DNA of 64,000 bases from Ginglymostoma cirratum (lineage: Eukaryota), in assembly GCA_024137785.1 (NCBI GenBank), contig JAHRHZ010000041.1, forward strand, positions 25,055,009 through 25,119,008, read 5' to 3'. The translations under genes were made by a program, and so were the position numbers. Shown here piece after piece: positions 1-13,144 of this stretch (position 1 is its first letter; every line of letters begins with the position of its first letter). The notes under the pieces are model-generated. The model ran no database searches and had not been told where the DNA came from. It worked only from the letters and a program-made list of their open reading frames with translations.

Positions 1-364
1 CAAGCCACACCCCCATCTCCTATCTACTAACATCATCCCGCCCCCTTGACCTGTCCGTCCTCCCTGGACTGACCTATCTCCTCCCTACCCCACTACCTAC
101 ACACACCTTTACTGGCTCCATCCCCGCCTCTTCGACTTGTCTGCCTCCTCTCCACCTATCCTCTCCTCTATCCATCCTCTATCCGCCTCCCCCTCTCTCC
201 CTATTTATTTCAGAACCCTCTTCCCCTCCCCCATTTCTGATGAAGGGTTTAGGCCCGAAACGTCAAGTTTTCCTGCTCCTATGATGCTGCTTGACCTGCT
301 GTGTTCATCCAGCCCCATGCTGGTTATCTCGGATTCTCCAGCATCTGCAGTACCTTTTGTCTCT
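1..364 (+). mobile_element. Penelope-like element terminal repeat (pLTR), family A, young copy running off the window start
   Basis: C/T-rich tract followed by CTGATGAAGGGTTTAGGCCCGAAACGTC and a 3' segment ending CCAGCATCTGCAGTACCTTTTGTCTCT. Positions 233-364 match the reverse complement of 48632-48761 with only 4 mismatches by eye. Confidence 0.8.
233..268 (+). ncRNA. Minimal type I hammerhead ribozyme motif (PLE-associated)
   Basis: CUGAUGA (237-243), extra A, stem II GGGU/GCCC (245-256), GAAA (257-260), CGUC with predicted cleavage after C264. Stem I is AUUU(233-236)/AAGU(265-268). Helix III is reduced to the ACGU palindrome, as described for PLE hammerheads. Confidence 0.75.
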
Positions 365-959
365 GAAACAATTGAAGCACATCTTTGTTCTTAAACCCGT
401 GAAACCTGTCTTGACAGTTTCAGCAAGGTTAACAGCAAGAGCCACTCCTTTACTGCAGCTCATAAAATCCAAGCAGTTTCAATTTCAGATCTCTTCTATT
501 GTTCATGCGATAAAACATACTTCACTTTTTTTGTTTAATTGTACAACTCTCTTGTTTTTAAATTTTGAAGAAGCTATTGAACAGTTAACACACACAGTGA
601 AATCTTAGTGTATGTGGCTTAATCTTATTCTTTAAAGCAAATTGTTCAGTGCCGAACCATTAGACTTTGCTACAGTATTACATAGGTTTCTGTTTGTTCA
701 ATAAGGAAAGACAAAATAAAAGGTCAATTTTTTTTGAGGGACATTGTCATGATCTGTTTAAGAAATACAGAGCCAGAGTTTTGGAATACGATTACATGCC
801 TTGCCTTTTGGCATAGTCCAGTGAGAACTCAGCCAAGTGTAAACAGAAAATTAAAAGGCAAAATTTAAAAGAAAGTATAGAAATGAAGGAACATAGTGGC
901 TTAGAAAAGTAAGTTGCTCAAGACATGATATCATACTTTTCAGGCCTGATGTTTCTCAT

Positions 960-1460
960 TGAAATAGAATGTGTCCTCTCTGAGAGTTGCAGACAAGTGT
1001 CATGCCGATGAAAATATCTTGCACTGTCATTAAATATGTATCAATAGCTCAGAATGCCATGACAGCTTACAAAAGTTCCTTTGATGCTGGTCAACTCTGA
1101 ATGGCGAAGCTGAACAATTACTGCAGTGACAGAATACAGAGAAATAAATTACCTTGCACCTTTCCATTTCTTACCTAATTTATTTCATCAAACATTGCGT
1201 TGAATCAATAAAAAATGTACGTTTCATTTTCAAAGATCATTGACAAATATGATGTCTGCCTAATCCAGTTTAATGAACCAGCAGTTTGAATTATTTATAG
1301 CGGTGCCTTACATTCACCATTGGAGAATAAATTAAGCAATAAACTAAGGACATGAGAACTTCAGAACATGTCAAATTGATCTTCATCGGCAGCACCATTG
1401 AACAGCGGAAAACAAAATAAGAAAGTCTCTGTCTGCTTCAATAGAAGGTTAAGATCACAC
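960..1460. promoter_or_regulatory. Candidate conserved non-coding element / enhancer
   Basis: No recognisable repeat. Three Meis/TALE-type sites (CTGTCA 1024-1029, TGACAG 1060-1065 and 1127-1132), a TCF/LEF site CCTTTGATG at 1078-1086 and several TAAT/ATTA cores. Conservation not tested. Confidence 0.3.
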
Positions 1461-2753
1461 CCCCTCAAAAAACAGACTGTTCATGCACTATTTACCATTG
1501 TTTGACTTCACAGGTTTATTCCCACTACTGGGCAATGTCCTTATCATTATGTAGTTCCTTTGTTGTGTAGATGTTTACCCAATGGCTGACTCTATAGTCT
1601 GCCAATGGAAAGAGCATTTAGTAGTATCACTTCCAGTGTAAACTGGCAGATAAAGGAGGCATTAAACGACTGATTATAAAATATCTTTAACACAGTACAA
1701 GTTACCTCTTACCAACTCAGACTTCTTAACTTGTCACTGATTCTCCAGACTAATTATTCGACTGCCTTGCATTTCTTGGTTTTAATAAATGAAGGATCAG
1801 TGATGATAAGTAATAGATTTGTATTATGCTTCAGCGGTGCGACAGTATTATTAGAGTGAATTTTTAACACAATTAAGTTATGACATTATACTTGCTGTTT
1901 GCTATTTTTATATCATATTTACCAGAAACTTAATTTCATTTTAACATTGCTCTGGAAAAACAAATAACTTGTTTGCTGTACCTGCCTGTGAATTATGTCA
2001 TTGATGCTTTCTGCGTTTGTAACATCTATAAAACATCTTTCAACCTTCAATCAACAGCTCAGAAATTCCAGAAGCAGGGTACCTTATTCACCTTCAAATC
2101 CCATTACACTTGATCAGCAAATTGTTGGAATCACTCATTTGCAATAGGGTGCAGTACTGAGAAAATCATAGCATGTGTCACCTCTTGTACATCAACTACA
2201 ATGGTCAATCTCTTTAACCCCTGAATTTAAAAGCAGGGAAAGAAAGAGAAGGAATGGGGCCGACACTAATGGAGTGATTCAGAATTAATACAGATGTATA
2301 AAGAGAAATAAAGAGAAAGAAATAAACAGTTGATTGAGAAAAAAACAGAAGTGAAAGAGAAAGTAAGAAATTAAAATGTAAAGTTCAAAAAAAACCCAAA
2401 GAAAGATTCATTACCAAGCGTGAAAATCTAGAGCTTCATTTATTTTCCTTTCTATCTTCAAAAATGAGTCTCATGTCAGGATCATAAACTATGTCTTAGG
2501 TAGGGTCCTCACAACATCAATTAACAATGCTTAAATGTCTTCAGTAAGATTCATTAAAGTTTATGGTACAAATACAGCAAAGTGAGCTGTGGTTTTTACA
2601 AAGCTGATGTAGGAGGGATGTAAATTGGCCAAAAATGCATGGCAATTATCAGCTCAAGACATGATTCTTCTGCACCTGATATTGCTGATTATTGTCATGC
2701 ATTAGCAATGGGTTGGCATGAACTCTGTATGACTTATCCTGTGCCTTTATTTC

Positions 2754-2976
2754 GGGGGGGTTGGTTAGCTCAGTTGACTGTGTGGCTGGTTTGTGATGCA
2801 GAGTAATGTCGATAGCATGGAGTCAATTCCCACACCAACTGAAGTCACCACAAAGGGCTTTTCTTCTTAATCTCTCCCCTCACCTTGGGTGTATTGACCC
2901 TCAAGTTAACCTGTCATCTCTTTCTAATGAGAGAGCAGTCCTTAAGGTTTGGTGGAACTATGGCAACTTTACATTT
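2754..2976 (+). mobile_element. tRNA-derived SINE
   Basis: A-box-like GGTTAGCTCAGTTG and degenerate B-box GAGTCAATTCCC. Homologous inverted copy at 58070-58268. Confidence 0.7.
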
Positions 2977-4894
2977 CATTATTTCAATTTCTATTAATAT
3001 TAAAGCCATTTTAGTGAAACCAATGTGCAGTTTGAAAGAAAAGATTGTAGATAGTAAAATCAAGTTAAAACCTATCATTTTATTGTAGGATTGAAATTAT
3101 TTAAGATGTCATCTGACGCTTCTTTGAATGACAACATTATTATTCACTCATAATCATCCATAGTTACTTACAATAGAAACAATAGTCCCAGTGACATGAA
3201 AAGCAATAAAGTGGAGTTGACTTGACATTGACTGAAGACACAAAGAGACTACTGAGCTGAATAATATCACAGGAGGTTTCAAAATGTAGATTAATGTATG
3301 TTTGAACATGAATAACAGTGTATAATTTAGTTGAGAGCTTCATAAGATGCTACAGGAGAATTTGTGCTGTTTGTATTTTTTTACAAAATCCAGGCACTGA
3401 ATTGTACAAACACTTGACTGTGAAATTTATTGTCAATATCATTCAATAAATCTGTAGTAACCCTATTACAAACATTAATCCTTGAGGCTGGACATTGCCA
3501 TACATCAACTGCATGGAAGTCCCTGGATTTTGGCATCCATCTTAATACAGGAGTCTGACTGAAATAAAGGAGTGAAAATCAAATAAATTAGTCTGATTCC
3601 TTGCTCAATATATTCTATAGAATTAATAGGTCAGTGGGAATGACTTGCAGGCAGTAATTTCGTCTTGAACTTAATGCTTATTAAAGGTAAAAAGAAAGCC
3701 TTGCATCGGCACAGTGTAGAATGCAACACATTTCTCAGCAAAACTTCAAAGTACTTCATATACAGGAGCAGAGTTTATGAATTAATACAACAGGTTAGTG
3801 CAAGAAAAGAGAAAAATGAGGATTTTAGTGCAGAGGTTAATACCCAAATTCCCAATCATTGCATAAAAGTTCTGAGCTAACAATGAAAATTTGTAAAATC
3901 TATGCCATAATAAATTATTTTGATGTGTAATAATTGGCTGCCATGTTTTCCATAGTAAGATCCCACAATTAGTAATATTTTTGTAGGCAGAATCTTCCCA
4001 ACTCTTGAACAAAATAGCCATTTGCAAATCAGTGGAGAAAATAGATTTAGATCTGCAAAAATGAAATTCTCAACTTCAAGGGCAGAAGGTCAGATTCTCC
4101 AACCAAATTTTGAATGTCACTAATGAGAGGCCTTTTCGTGTTCAGTTACATGTAATAGCATAATTACCTAACTTTGCCTCATTGGTATGCAGTTTCCTAT
4201 TCTCTCAACTGCTAAATAGAAACTAGACGGTGAAAATCCTGAAAGTCAAAGAGGGTACCTGGTCTCCATTTTGGTCACAACTCCCTAACATCTCAGTGCT
4301 GGCTCCATAGGCAGTGACCACTCTCGACCCCTGTTCACAGATGTTCACATAGCACATGTATCAACTCATCACTCCCCAGTGGCATATCTCTGACCTACTT
4401 ACACCAATGGATCTGCACTTTAGCCCTGCACTTTGAAGCGCACTGGCATCTTTCATTGTAATGCATTTGCCAGGACACTATATGCAGGGTAATACACCCA
4501 TTTCATAGATCAGAGCAGGGTTTATTTCAGGTCATCTGATTTGCTCTCAGTGGCCACTCACTTTGGAGCTGCTTCAAAACTCACAGCACCTCTGTCTTAC
4601 TTTGTCTTTTTTGTACTTTGCCTGTTCATCCAGAGCTTAAAGGCTCTCAGTACGTCTGTCTTGCTTTGCTGTTTAGCACAGACACAAAGCCAAGCAGCTA
4701 ATCATGGTTGTCAGCAATGTTCAGTAAAAAGGAATGGATACGCTCCTGTATGGTACAATTCTACATCAAACTCACGTCTGCAGCATGTACCAACAACGCT
4801 CCACGTGTTTCAACCAAATGGCCATGTCTCAAAGTCTACAGAAAATAGTTTTCAGTTAAGCCAAGAGAGACAGCCTTCAGTCAAGGTTCTGATC

Positions 4895-5250
4895 TGATCG
4901 AGGTATTTAAATGGTACAAGGATTTGAATGGCTAGATTTAGGGAAAACAATTCTTCCCTTGGGGAAACCAAGTATAAAGTGACTTAATTTTACTGCTAGA
5001 TCTGTGCTATTCAGAAGGAAAATCATAAGTCTCTTATGAAGTGTAGACAAAATCTGTAACTCTGTCCTTGGGACTGCGGTGCTGTATCAATCAGAGGCTT
5101 TGAGATTGAGGTTGGGTTTCTTTTTATCAAAAGTATCACGATACATAACAATGTTGGAAAGATAGAGTTGAGGTGCAGATCAGCCAAAGTCTAACAATAT
5201 TGTGGAATACGTTTGAGGAATTGAATGTTGTAATCCTTTTTCTAATGTTC
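4895..5250 (+). mobile_element. Degenerate CR1 LINE 3' end
   Basis: CTGATCGAGGTATTTAAA (DLIEVFK-like ORF2 end) and the CR1 3'UTR motif GTTGAGGTGCAGATCAGCC. Confidence 0.6.
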
Positions 5251-6283
5251 TAACTGTTTCTATTTTTAAAAAAGGTCAACTCCAAGACACTGGAAGAACA
5301 CATCCGTCATGCTGGCCAAACTTTATTTACGTAATTTATGCTACCTCAATCTTTTATGAAACTTCTGATGGAAGATTGTGGATCCTTAATATGCATTATA
5401 AATTGGTGTTTCCCATTCTTGTGTTGGATGTCAGGTTTTGAAGAGTACGGAATAAAGATTCACAGTAAAATTGAGTTATTTAATTGACACTTGGTCACAT
5501 TAGCACAGGCATTCTATTGATTAAAAAGTCCAACTGGCTGTCACAATATAATGGAGTTATTATTTTCGCAGCTGTAAAGCAGTATTATGAGTAATTTAGG
5601 AAATCCAGTATGTATCACATATCTTAGATGGCACAGCTTCAAAAACCACAGTGGTACAATATGCTAAAACCATCAGTTTCCATTTACACTGGTCCTGCAT
5701 TACAAATTATCAATGCCTCTGTGTGAAATGTGAGTTCTTGACTCTAACTAGACACAGGATAACTCATTAGCATTTTACTGAGGGCCATATTCATATGTGG
5801 TAACTTAATCAAGATGCTCTTCACAAATCTCTGAGAAAGATTTAATTCTTTTAGTTCAGGTTTCCCACTAACACGGGCCTCAGTGCTAATACTCAAATAT
5901 ATCTTTGGAGAGAAGACTCAACAAGCCTTACCTTTCTCTTCTAACAGAATGTTTAAAGTTGTGGGGTTCACACATTATTCTTTTGCCTGTGGTAAATGGT
6001 TCTGAGTTTCGGTCAAACAATTGAAATGAAATGTGCCAGTTCATGTCAAGGTCCTACATGAAGCCAGTGGCTTAGTTAATTTTAATTGTGGAGGCACAGA
6101 TATGCAACATAAAATTGCCCGTTACTTCACACAAATTGCCACTAGATAGGCAATTCTCTCGAAGTTAAACATGCCCCTGATCTACATGCTAATAATACAT
6201 AAAATACAGTATGATCAGAAGGCTTTTTTTAAAATTTTGATTCTATTTTGTAATACTATAGATATCAATACATTTGTTTCGAT

Positions 6284-6362
6284 TCATTCATGAGATGTGG
6301 ACAACACTGCCAAGGCCAGAATTCATTGTCCATTCATAATTGATCCCTGAGCTGCCTTCTTA
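6284..6362 (-). mobile_element. 3' tail fragment of the CR1/L2-group LINE family seen at 20528-21420 and 52345-52680
   Basis: TTCATTCATGAGATGTGG...GCCAGAATTCATTGTCCATTCATAATTG...GAGCTGCCTTCTT is the reverse complement of that family's tail. Confidence 0.55.
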
Positions 6363-7834
6363 TTGGTACAACCGAGTTAGGAGATGATGAACTGACTCCC
6401 TTCTTTGTCCAATTCCACGACAACAATGTTTGAATTTTAAAAGGGAAATATTATTTCTAGTTATATATCAGTGTGTAGACTGTGAATAGCTCAGTATCAG
6501 AAACAAGTTAACCAGGCTCCAAAAGTAACAAATAAATAGCTAATTTATGTCAAACGAAATTTATTCAAGCAAAGGTTATTAAAATGAGGTTAAAGTGAAA
6601 ATTTATTCAACCACCCTTCTGACACGAACACACACACACTTCCAAGTTACGTCAATTAAATTCAGAAAACAAAATTTACAAATTGGTCCAAATATTGGTC
6701 TTTGCCCAAAGGCACTTTGTACACAAGCTATTGGTACAAGGATATCTTCCTGGACTAATCATGGCCGGCTGAATTTGTTTTTCTTGAGACAGTGGTGTAG
6801 ATTTTGAATTTTCCTTCAGTACTCTCCATTTGTGGTGCTGAGGTCTTTCAGTATTTTCAACTCATAAATTTGGTGAAAGGTTTCAGAGAAAGAGAAAGGC
6901 AAAGACTTTCTGATGCTGAGTTTCTGTATTCAAACCCAACGTCTTTTTATTGCTCACAAACTGGGTCATGTGATTTCCCTCTGAAGGTGATGTAGACTTG
7001 GCATCACAATCGAAGCAGCTTGCTTGTAGCAAATGCAACGTCGATTCGACTGCAGACAGTGTCTTTTGCTTTGCAAAGCATTCTTTCCAAAAAGTTCAAG
7101 AGGTGTGTAATATATAATGTTTAGCTAATTATGTTACAAATTAATATTTTGGCTAACCCAGCTCTATAGCTATAATAGAGGATGGCTTGGAGTCACATAT
7201 AAAGCATATAGAGTAAGACTGCAGATATTATTCCCTAAAGACATTAGCAAACAAGTTCAATTTTTATGATAAATTGAATATTGGCTGACAAAACATAACT
7301 TTTAGTATCGGATCAATTTGTGTGTTCAAGTTGAGTTTGTTCACCCAGCCACAGCTAAGTGTAATCAATGAACTTGACATATGTAAGGATTGTGATAAGT
7401 GATTAATCTGCATCAATTTGTGGTGAAACAGACAGTGCATCAAACTTGTGTGGTCTACTGTTTTAGTCCAAAGGGGACAAAGGGAGGTGCAATGCAGCTG
7501 CCAGCATTGCTGGGTGCATTATGAAAAAATGCAATCTGGCAATGTGACTAGTTGATTAATTGATGGGAATAGTTGATTACGTGAGCAAGCAACAAGGATT
7601 TCTGATAATCTGCTGTAGGGGACATGGTGCAAGAGCTAGAGAGAAGTAGACACATCTTTTATCCACAGTGGAGTGGTGCAGAAGGACTTTGGAGGCTGTC
7701 CCAGACATGTTCCCCAAGAAGATGATGCAGTGCAGGAAGGAGCTGCTGAAGTGAGTGACTTCATTTTCAATGACATATTCTGGTCAGAGTTGAGGATTTC
7801 TTTCTCTCCAGGGTTGCTAGACTGGACCTCGCTT

Positions 7835-8025
7835 CCCCAGGGAGCAGTGGATGCAGGGTCATTAAATATTTTGAAGGCAGAGGTAGATAGACTCTTTGCT
7901 AACAAGAGAGTCAGAGGATATTGTGGTAATCAGGGAAGCGGAATTAAGGCCAGTTAGGTCAAACTTGGTCTTATTGAATAGTGGAGCAGACTTGACAGGT
8001 CAATTATTTGCCCCCTGCTTCTAAT
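7835..8025 (+). mobile_element. CR1 LINE 3' end fragment
   Basis: CCCCAGGGAGCAGTGGATGCAGGGTCATTAAATATTTTGAAGGCAGAGGTAGATAGA encodes LPQGAVDAGSLNILKAEVDR, the CR1 ORF2 C-terminus, followed by 3'UTR motif TTATTGAATAGTGGAGCAGACTTGA. Confidence 0.75.
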
Positions 8026-8284
8026 CAGTTCTGCAAGAAAGAGGGATCTGTGTAATTGATTGCTGTGCAATATGTTTTAGTGATATGATTGTCATGTTTG
8101 ATAAGTTGCTGCAATATGTGAGCTGTGGGTGTAAGGCTTGCGACAGTGCTAAATGTATGAGGCAAAATGTATGAATTGAAGAGTTGAATACTGAATAATA
8201 GAGATTATTGGCAGATGGGTGAGGGGAGCAATTAATGTGTCAAGTTGTGCATTTGATGGGTTCTGCCATTTGCAGATTGAACAG

Positions 8285-8480
8285 ATTGTGTGAAATAACT
8301 TCTTCCTGGCACTGGCTCATGTGCTTGGAGCTGTAGCCCTGGTATTGGCTTGTGCCTTTTGTTCTTCTCACAGCTTCTTGAGCAGATGTCTCCTGTCCAC
8401 ATCTGAATATCGAATTTCTCTTCTTCTCTCCGTCACTTCCATTAAGATCACTTGTGGATTATCTTTACATGTTCTTCCAT
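8285..8480 (-). pseudogene. Decayed Myb/SANT-like DNA-binding domain (Harbinger/PIF partner-gene remnant)
   Basis: Minus-strand translation ...QVILMEVTERRREIRYSDVDRRHLLKKL, then ...RKKLFHTI, has the same layout as the copies at 21860 and 32010 (L..V..R..IL...RR....CRKK..DL). Confidence 0.4.
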
Positions 8481-10706
8481 CCTTCAATGGATCAGATTTG
8501 GCTTTCAAAGCTCTCACACCACTTCTTGCACTCACAATGAATTGTCCTCCAGAGCTGTAAGCTGCCATCAATAAGCAACTTACATTTTTTGGGCCTGTTT
8601 CTGATGTTTCCAGCTTCAGTGCAGGTAGAGGAATCACATGTAGCGTAGTGTGAATCCACCTTATCGAAGACCATCTGCCCCATCTGTAGCTGAGCCTGCA
8701 GTTCCATAATTAGACCATTCAACCACCCCACATCCCCCAGAATGGAAGAGAATCATTCTCATCCTTCACTGACTACCCAAGAAGAATAATGTATGTTAAT
8801 GCCCATTTTTAGGACATTATCCAATTTGATTCTCTATACTTGTATAGGAACTGACCCAGTTCCCAACAATAATTAAAATGGGGGGAAATTGGATGTGTTT
8901 CTTTGCAGCCATGTACTTTGATCTGCCTGATACTTCACCGCATTCACTGCATTGAGAAGATTCTCCGTTCTATGCACAGACCAAGAAAAATCTCCCTTTA
9001 AAGCACTTCCAACGTTTTCTCAGTTGCTTCCCAGTGTCTGAGATTCTATTCTTCTCACCTTTTCTGTTTTGTTTTCTCACAGAGTATCTGTTTTCCATTC
9101 TCTCTGCTTTGAATGATTTTTCACTTTCTTCCTCATCTGGAGCTCCCATCTGTCTGGTTTTGATGGCAGTCTGATTTTTTTTTTGTCTAGCTAAAAATTT
9201 GCAACATGCAAACCAGACACTTGTCATCTGAATTTTAAAGTAAAATTCCTTTTTCTACTTTTATTATTGTAGGATACTATGATTAATAAAAGTGTTTTGT
9301 TTTTATATTAATTTTCAGCAAGAGGACATGAAACTTCAGAGAACAGATTATTTGATCAACTGCTAGAAAATGATTGGAAAATTGGTCAAGCAGGTCTTAG
9401 ATCGTCTTGCATCTGATTCCTTTACTTAGGATTTTCCACCTTTTGCATCTGACCCCAATTACACGTTACAATCTCAGTAAAATTACACAAGTCGTAAAAA
9501 ATTGAACATATGGTGCAATTTTCCTGCCTTTTGTATCAAATATGTTTTTAGTCTTCAAAGCGCTTTTTGAATATACTGGGGGAGGTCCCTGGGTGAAGTG
9601 GAGCTTTTATAGTAAAGAGAGCCTTATGACTTGTTCTTTGAAATATTTACCAGCCCTGTTTGGTACTGTGTTGTATGATCAGAAGTTTTTTGTCAATAAT
9701 TCTTAAGTAGTTATTAAGAATATAATGATTTTTGGATGGACAATTTTAATTCCGTGATTAAATTTGCTTGTATATGTTGCTTACAAAAGTGCTCTTCATT
9801 GCCCACTAATTCACAAGAAGCAGTGGGAAGTGTTACGTATTTGCATGTCTACATGGCAATAGGAGCAGATGAAACACTTTTTTTTAATCTTCAATTTCTT
9901 GGTAACTGAAGGAATCCCAAGATATCCTGGTCTAAGTTGCAGAGTTAATTTCTGGACAAGTAATTCACTTCAGTTCTTTTCTTTTGTTCCTATATATACT
10001 CTAAATGTCATTACACAAATATATGATCAATAAGTTTAAAAGTAGATTTATACATTTATTATGTAGCATTTTAATGGAACACTTACATTTTTCCAACAGC
10101 TGCCAACTCTGTGACTTCACCCAATCATTGTTCTTTGATCTGTGCCACATGAGGAGTAATATTCTGGATCTAAATAATGGGGAACTTGCCGCTCATCATT
10201 GCACACTAACAAATCACACGTTCAGTGCACACAATATTTCGATGCACCCTGGTTTTGAACAAAGTTGGGTGTTGCCAACCTAGACACAGATGATTACTGC
10301 CAGTGCTGTATTTGCCATTTCTTTTTTATGTTTTTATGTTTTACGCTTTTGACAACTCTTTCATCTACTTTTTCCAAAGTTTGCATTTTTGACACACCAC
10401 TTACTTTAAATGTAATATTTTTATTTATATTCAAATCAGTCATTAGTCACCCCCACTAGCCATTGGTTCAATAAAATGGATCTCTCGCTATTTATGCACT
10501 TGTTCTTGTCTCCAGTGTTTTGTTTGCTAAAAGATATCAAACACACCACAAGAAACTAAGAGTTTAAAGGGCTGAAGAGCACTGAATTGTAGGATTTACA
10601 ACATAGGAGGCTGCCACTGGTCCATCATAAATGTGCCACCATTAACTGCTCAACAGGAGATACCCAGTGCATCTCATCTCAAGCCTTCAATCTTTTATAC
10701 ATATTT

Positions 10707-10802
10707 TTAATCAATCTGTTTGGAAATGTTAAGATACACCTCTGTGATGACTTGAATCTAGAGCTTTATTCCGAGAGGTACAGCCACTAACACTGTGCCA
10801 CT
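10707..10802 (-). mobile_element. Short (~110 bp) tRNA-derived SINE, diverged
   Basis: Reverse complement begins GTGGCACAGTGTTAGTGG and ends CCAAACAGATTGATTAA, like the copies at 26678, 34765, 53793 and 54347. Confidence 0.55.
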
Positions 10803-11959
10803 TTCCTCCATATTTTTAATATTCTGCCTTAGAATTACTAGTCCTGATCCATTTTACACACAGTTCTAATGTTTGACTAAATAGTTACTTGTGATCAATT
10901 ATTTTTCATATAATAACTTTTTGTGAACCGATTAGTTTCAGTTTTTGTTTTGACTCTGTTCCTCCAGATCTATGCTAACGCTGCCCCTTCCACCAACATT
11001 ATTACTTATATGCTAAATATTAGATGCAATTGTTCACCATTTACCTTCTCAAAGCACTTCAGAAAATCAGAAATATCCATTGTGCGCTCGCTTAATCTTT
11101 CTTCTTTCATTGAAAGAAGATTTTTATTTCATAACCATAATTCTTCATTATCATCATGTTACATTTTTGTTTCTCCGTTTCCACATCTTTAATATCCTTC
11201 CTATAATGGGGTCACTCAAAGTTAATCAATAATTGCAGTGTTAAGTCGAGCAGACATTTCTAGCTCCTGCTGTCCCAGTTTTTGACCTAATTTCCAAGTT
11301 CCTCAGCTCCTGATACTGTGTTTTCCATTCCTATTCTCAAAGTCCTACCCATAATCAGTTGAATTTCAATGGTTTTCCAAACTCCTAACATCAGTAACAA
11401 TGGCACATTTGAGCCACACATAACTAACTTTGACAATGTAGCATTCTTCATCTGGAGCTACTTGCTTAAAAAAAATCTACTATTCAAAGTGGAATTTTAA
11501 AAAAATCACGAAGGACAAGCTTAATGTAAGTTATGGTAATATGGGAAAGATATTATCGCACTTCAGTTTGCAAAAGAAAGTCAGTTCTAATTGAACTGAA
11601 GCTGAGAGGCTAAGTGTAGTATGTCTCCTGTGTCCTCTCAGTTACATACATTTTTGGTTGCAGGATCATTTTGCGCTAAGCAGACAATATTGCATCTGTT
11701 TTTCCAACAGTTGGGATACTTAGTGTTACCCGAGCAGTGGAGCTTCAGTTTCACTGCATGACTCTTGGGGAAATTCAATTTTTTAGAAAAAAATCAAGGC
11801 TTCTTTCTTAAATTCCCTGTGGGTTTTCTTTTGGTTGATTTTAGGCTTCATGAATATTTAACTCCTGAGGTTAAGTTTTGTTTCCAGTAACCCACTGGTC
11901 ACATTTTCCAGAAATAAAGTTTGAAAAGTGGATAATTTGAAAAATCCAATATGTTACTG

Positions 11960-12365
11960 AGGGAGCCGTGCTCAGCCAGTTGCTTTGTCATGTCTGAGTG
12001 AGTTTATTGTGAGTTCATGTCCCATATCAGAGACTCAGTGTTGTATTATTGGAGTATTACACTGTTGGAGTTGCTACCTTTTAGATGACATGTCAAACTG
12101 TGGCTCCCTCTCAGGCATTTGTAAAAGTCCTGGGGAACTATTTGGAGGAGAGTAGCAGAGTCACTTTGGAGTCCTGGCCAAAATCTGTTCATCAACAACA
12201 TTATCTACCCAGTATCTCATTGCTGTTTACAGGAGCTTACTGTGCACCATTTAGTTGCCTCCATTAGCTTCCTAAATCACAACAGTTATTACACTTTAAA
12301 AATATTTCATTGCCTGTGAAACATGTCAGCAACATTCTGCCATTGTGAAAACTGGAAGTTCTTTC
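11960..12365 (+). mobile_element. Deu-domain SINE (SacSINE1/AmnSINE1-related), diverged
   Basis: tRNA-like head, then Deu-like core TTTTAGATGACATGTCAAACTGTGGC...GTAAAAGTCC...ACTATTTGGAGGAGAG...GTCCTGGCCAAAATCT and tail ACAACAGTTATTACACTTTAAAAATATTTCATTGCCTGTGAAAC. Confidence 0.7.
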
Positions 12366-13144
12366 TTTTTTAGTATAGCTCATTAAATTTAACCTAATGG
12401 GGACTTCGATATCTCAGAGCTCATGAAGGGAGCAGTCAGCCAGAGTTCTGACTTCTGCTCGCCATCCAGAGATCCCAGGCTGGAGGGTACAACTGATGAA
12501 CACTGGGTAACAATAACATTCAGAAAGCTGATTTAATTCATTGAATTCATTTTTTGAGGTCAGACATGGAAGTGAGAACTCAGCTATGACACTAAGAAGC
12601 ACTTGGCATCCATTAAATTATGTGGCACATTGAGAACTTTTAGCCGAGGAGAGAAGACAATTGGAAGGAATAAGACTATTTAAGAGAAGCATATTCTTCA
12701 ATTAGCATGGATCAATGTGGAGTGAAGGTCAGGCAGGTTTTCCATGTGGAGGAAAAATAAACTGTCAGACACCTGGATTCACTGTTGAACATTTCTGCTT
12801 GCTTGCAGTGAAGGATTTGTAACAGGTACACAGCTTAGAATCTATGACTCAACAGGTGAGTAGTATATTGATATGAAGGATGGAGAAATACTTGTTTATT
12901 TGCTCAATCAGACTTTTTAGTGGCTCTTATGAGGGAAGCCCCCGGAAACCAATGAGCATCCCTGACAGGGTTTACTTTTCTAACGTGGGCAGGCCCTGCT
13001 TACCATTGGATAAATCCGGTGATGTCTGACTGAGGCTCTTAACTCAGCAGTAATTGCCCACTTAAGGTCCTCAATAACAGTGCGGTGGGAAGGTCTTCCA
13101 TAGACCCTGCTGCCGATCTCGCCACAGTAGAGAAAACTAAATTA

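Noticed and set aside
137-608. ORFs 137-394 and 291-608, whose peptides recur at 48062-48703, 49169-49519 and 55430-55813
   Set aside because: The repeated peptides (ISDEG.RPETSSFPAPMMLL, MTCCVHPAPC) are incidental translations of the non-coding PLE terminal repeat, not a gene family.
2200-2745. AG-rich segment resembling 37600-38250 and (inverted) 8870-9240, possibly an old non-autonomous DNA-transposon family
   Set aside because: Similarity is too degenerate to align confidently by eye, so it is left unannotated.
9319-9392. Possible small coding exon after TTTTCAG (RGHETSENRLFDQLLENDWKIG)
   Set aside because: Donor sites are weak, the peptide is unrecognised, and there are no supported partner exons.
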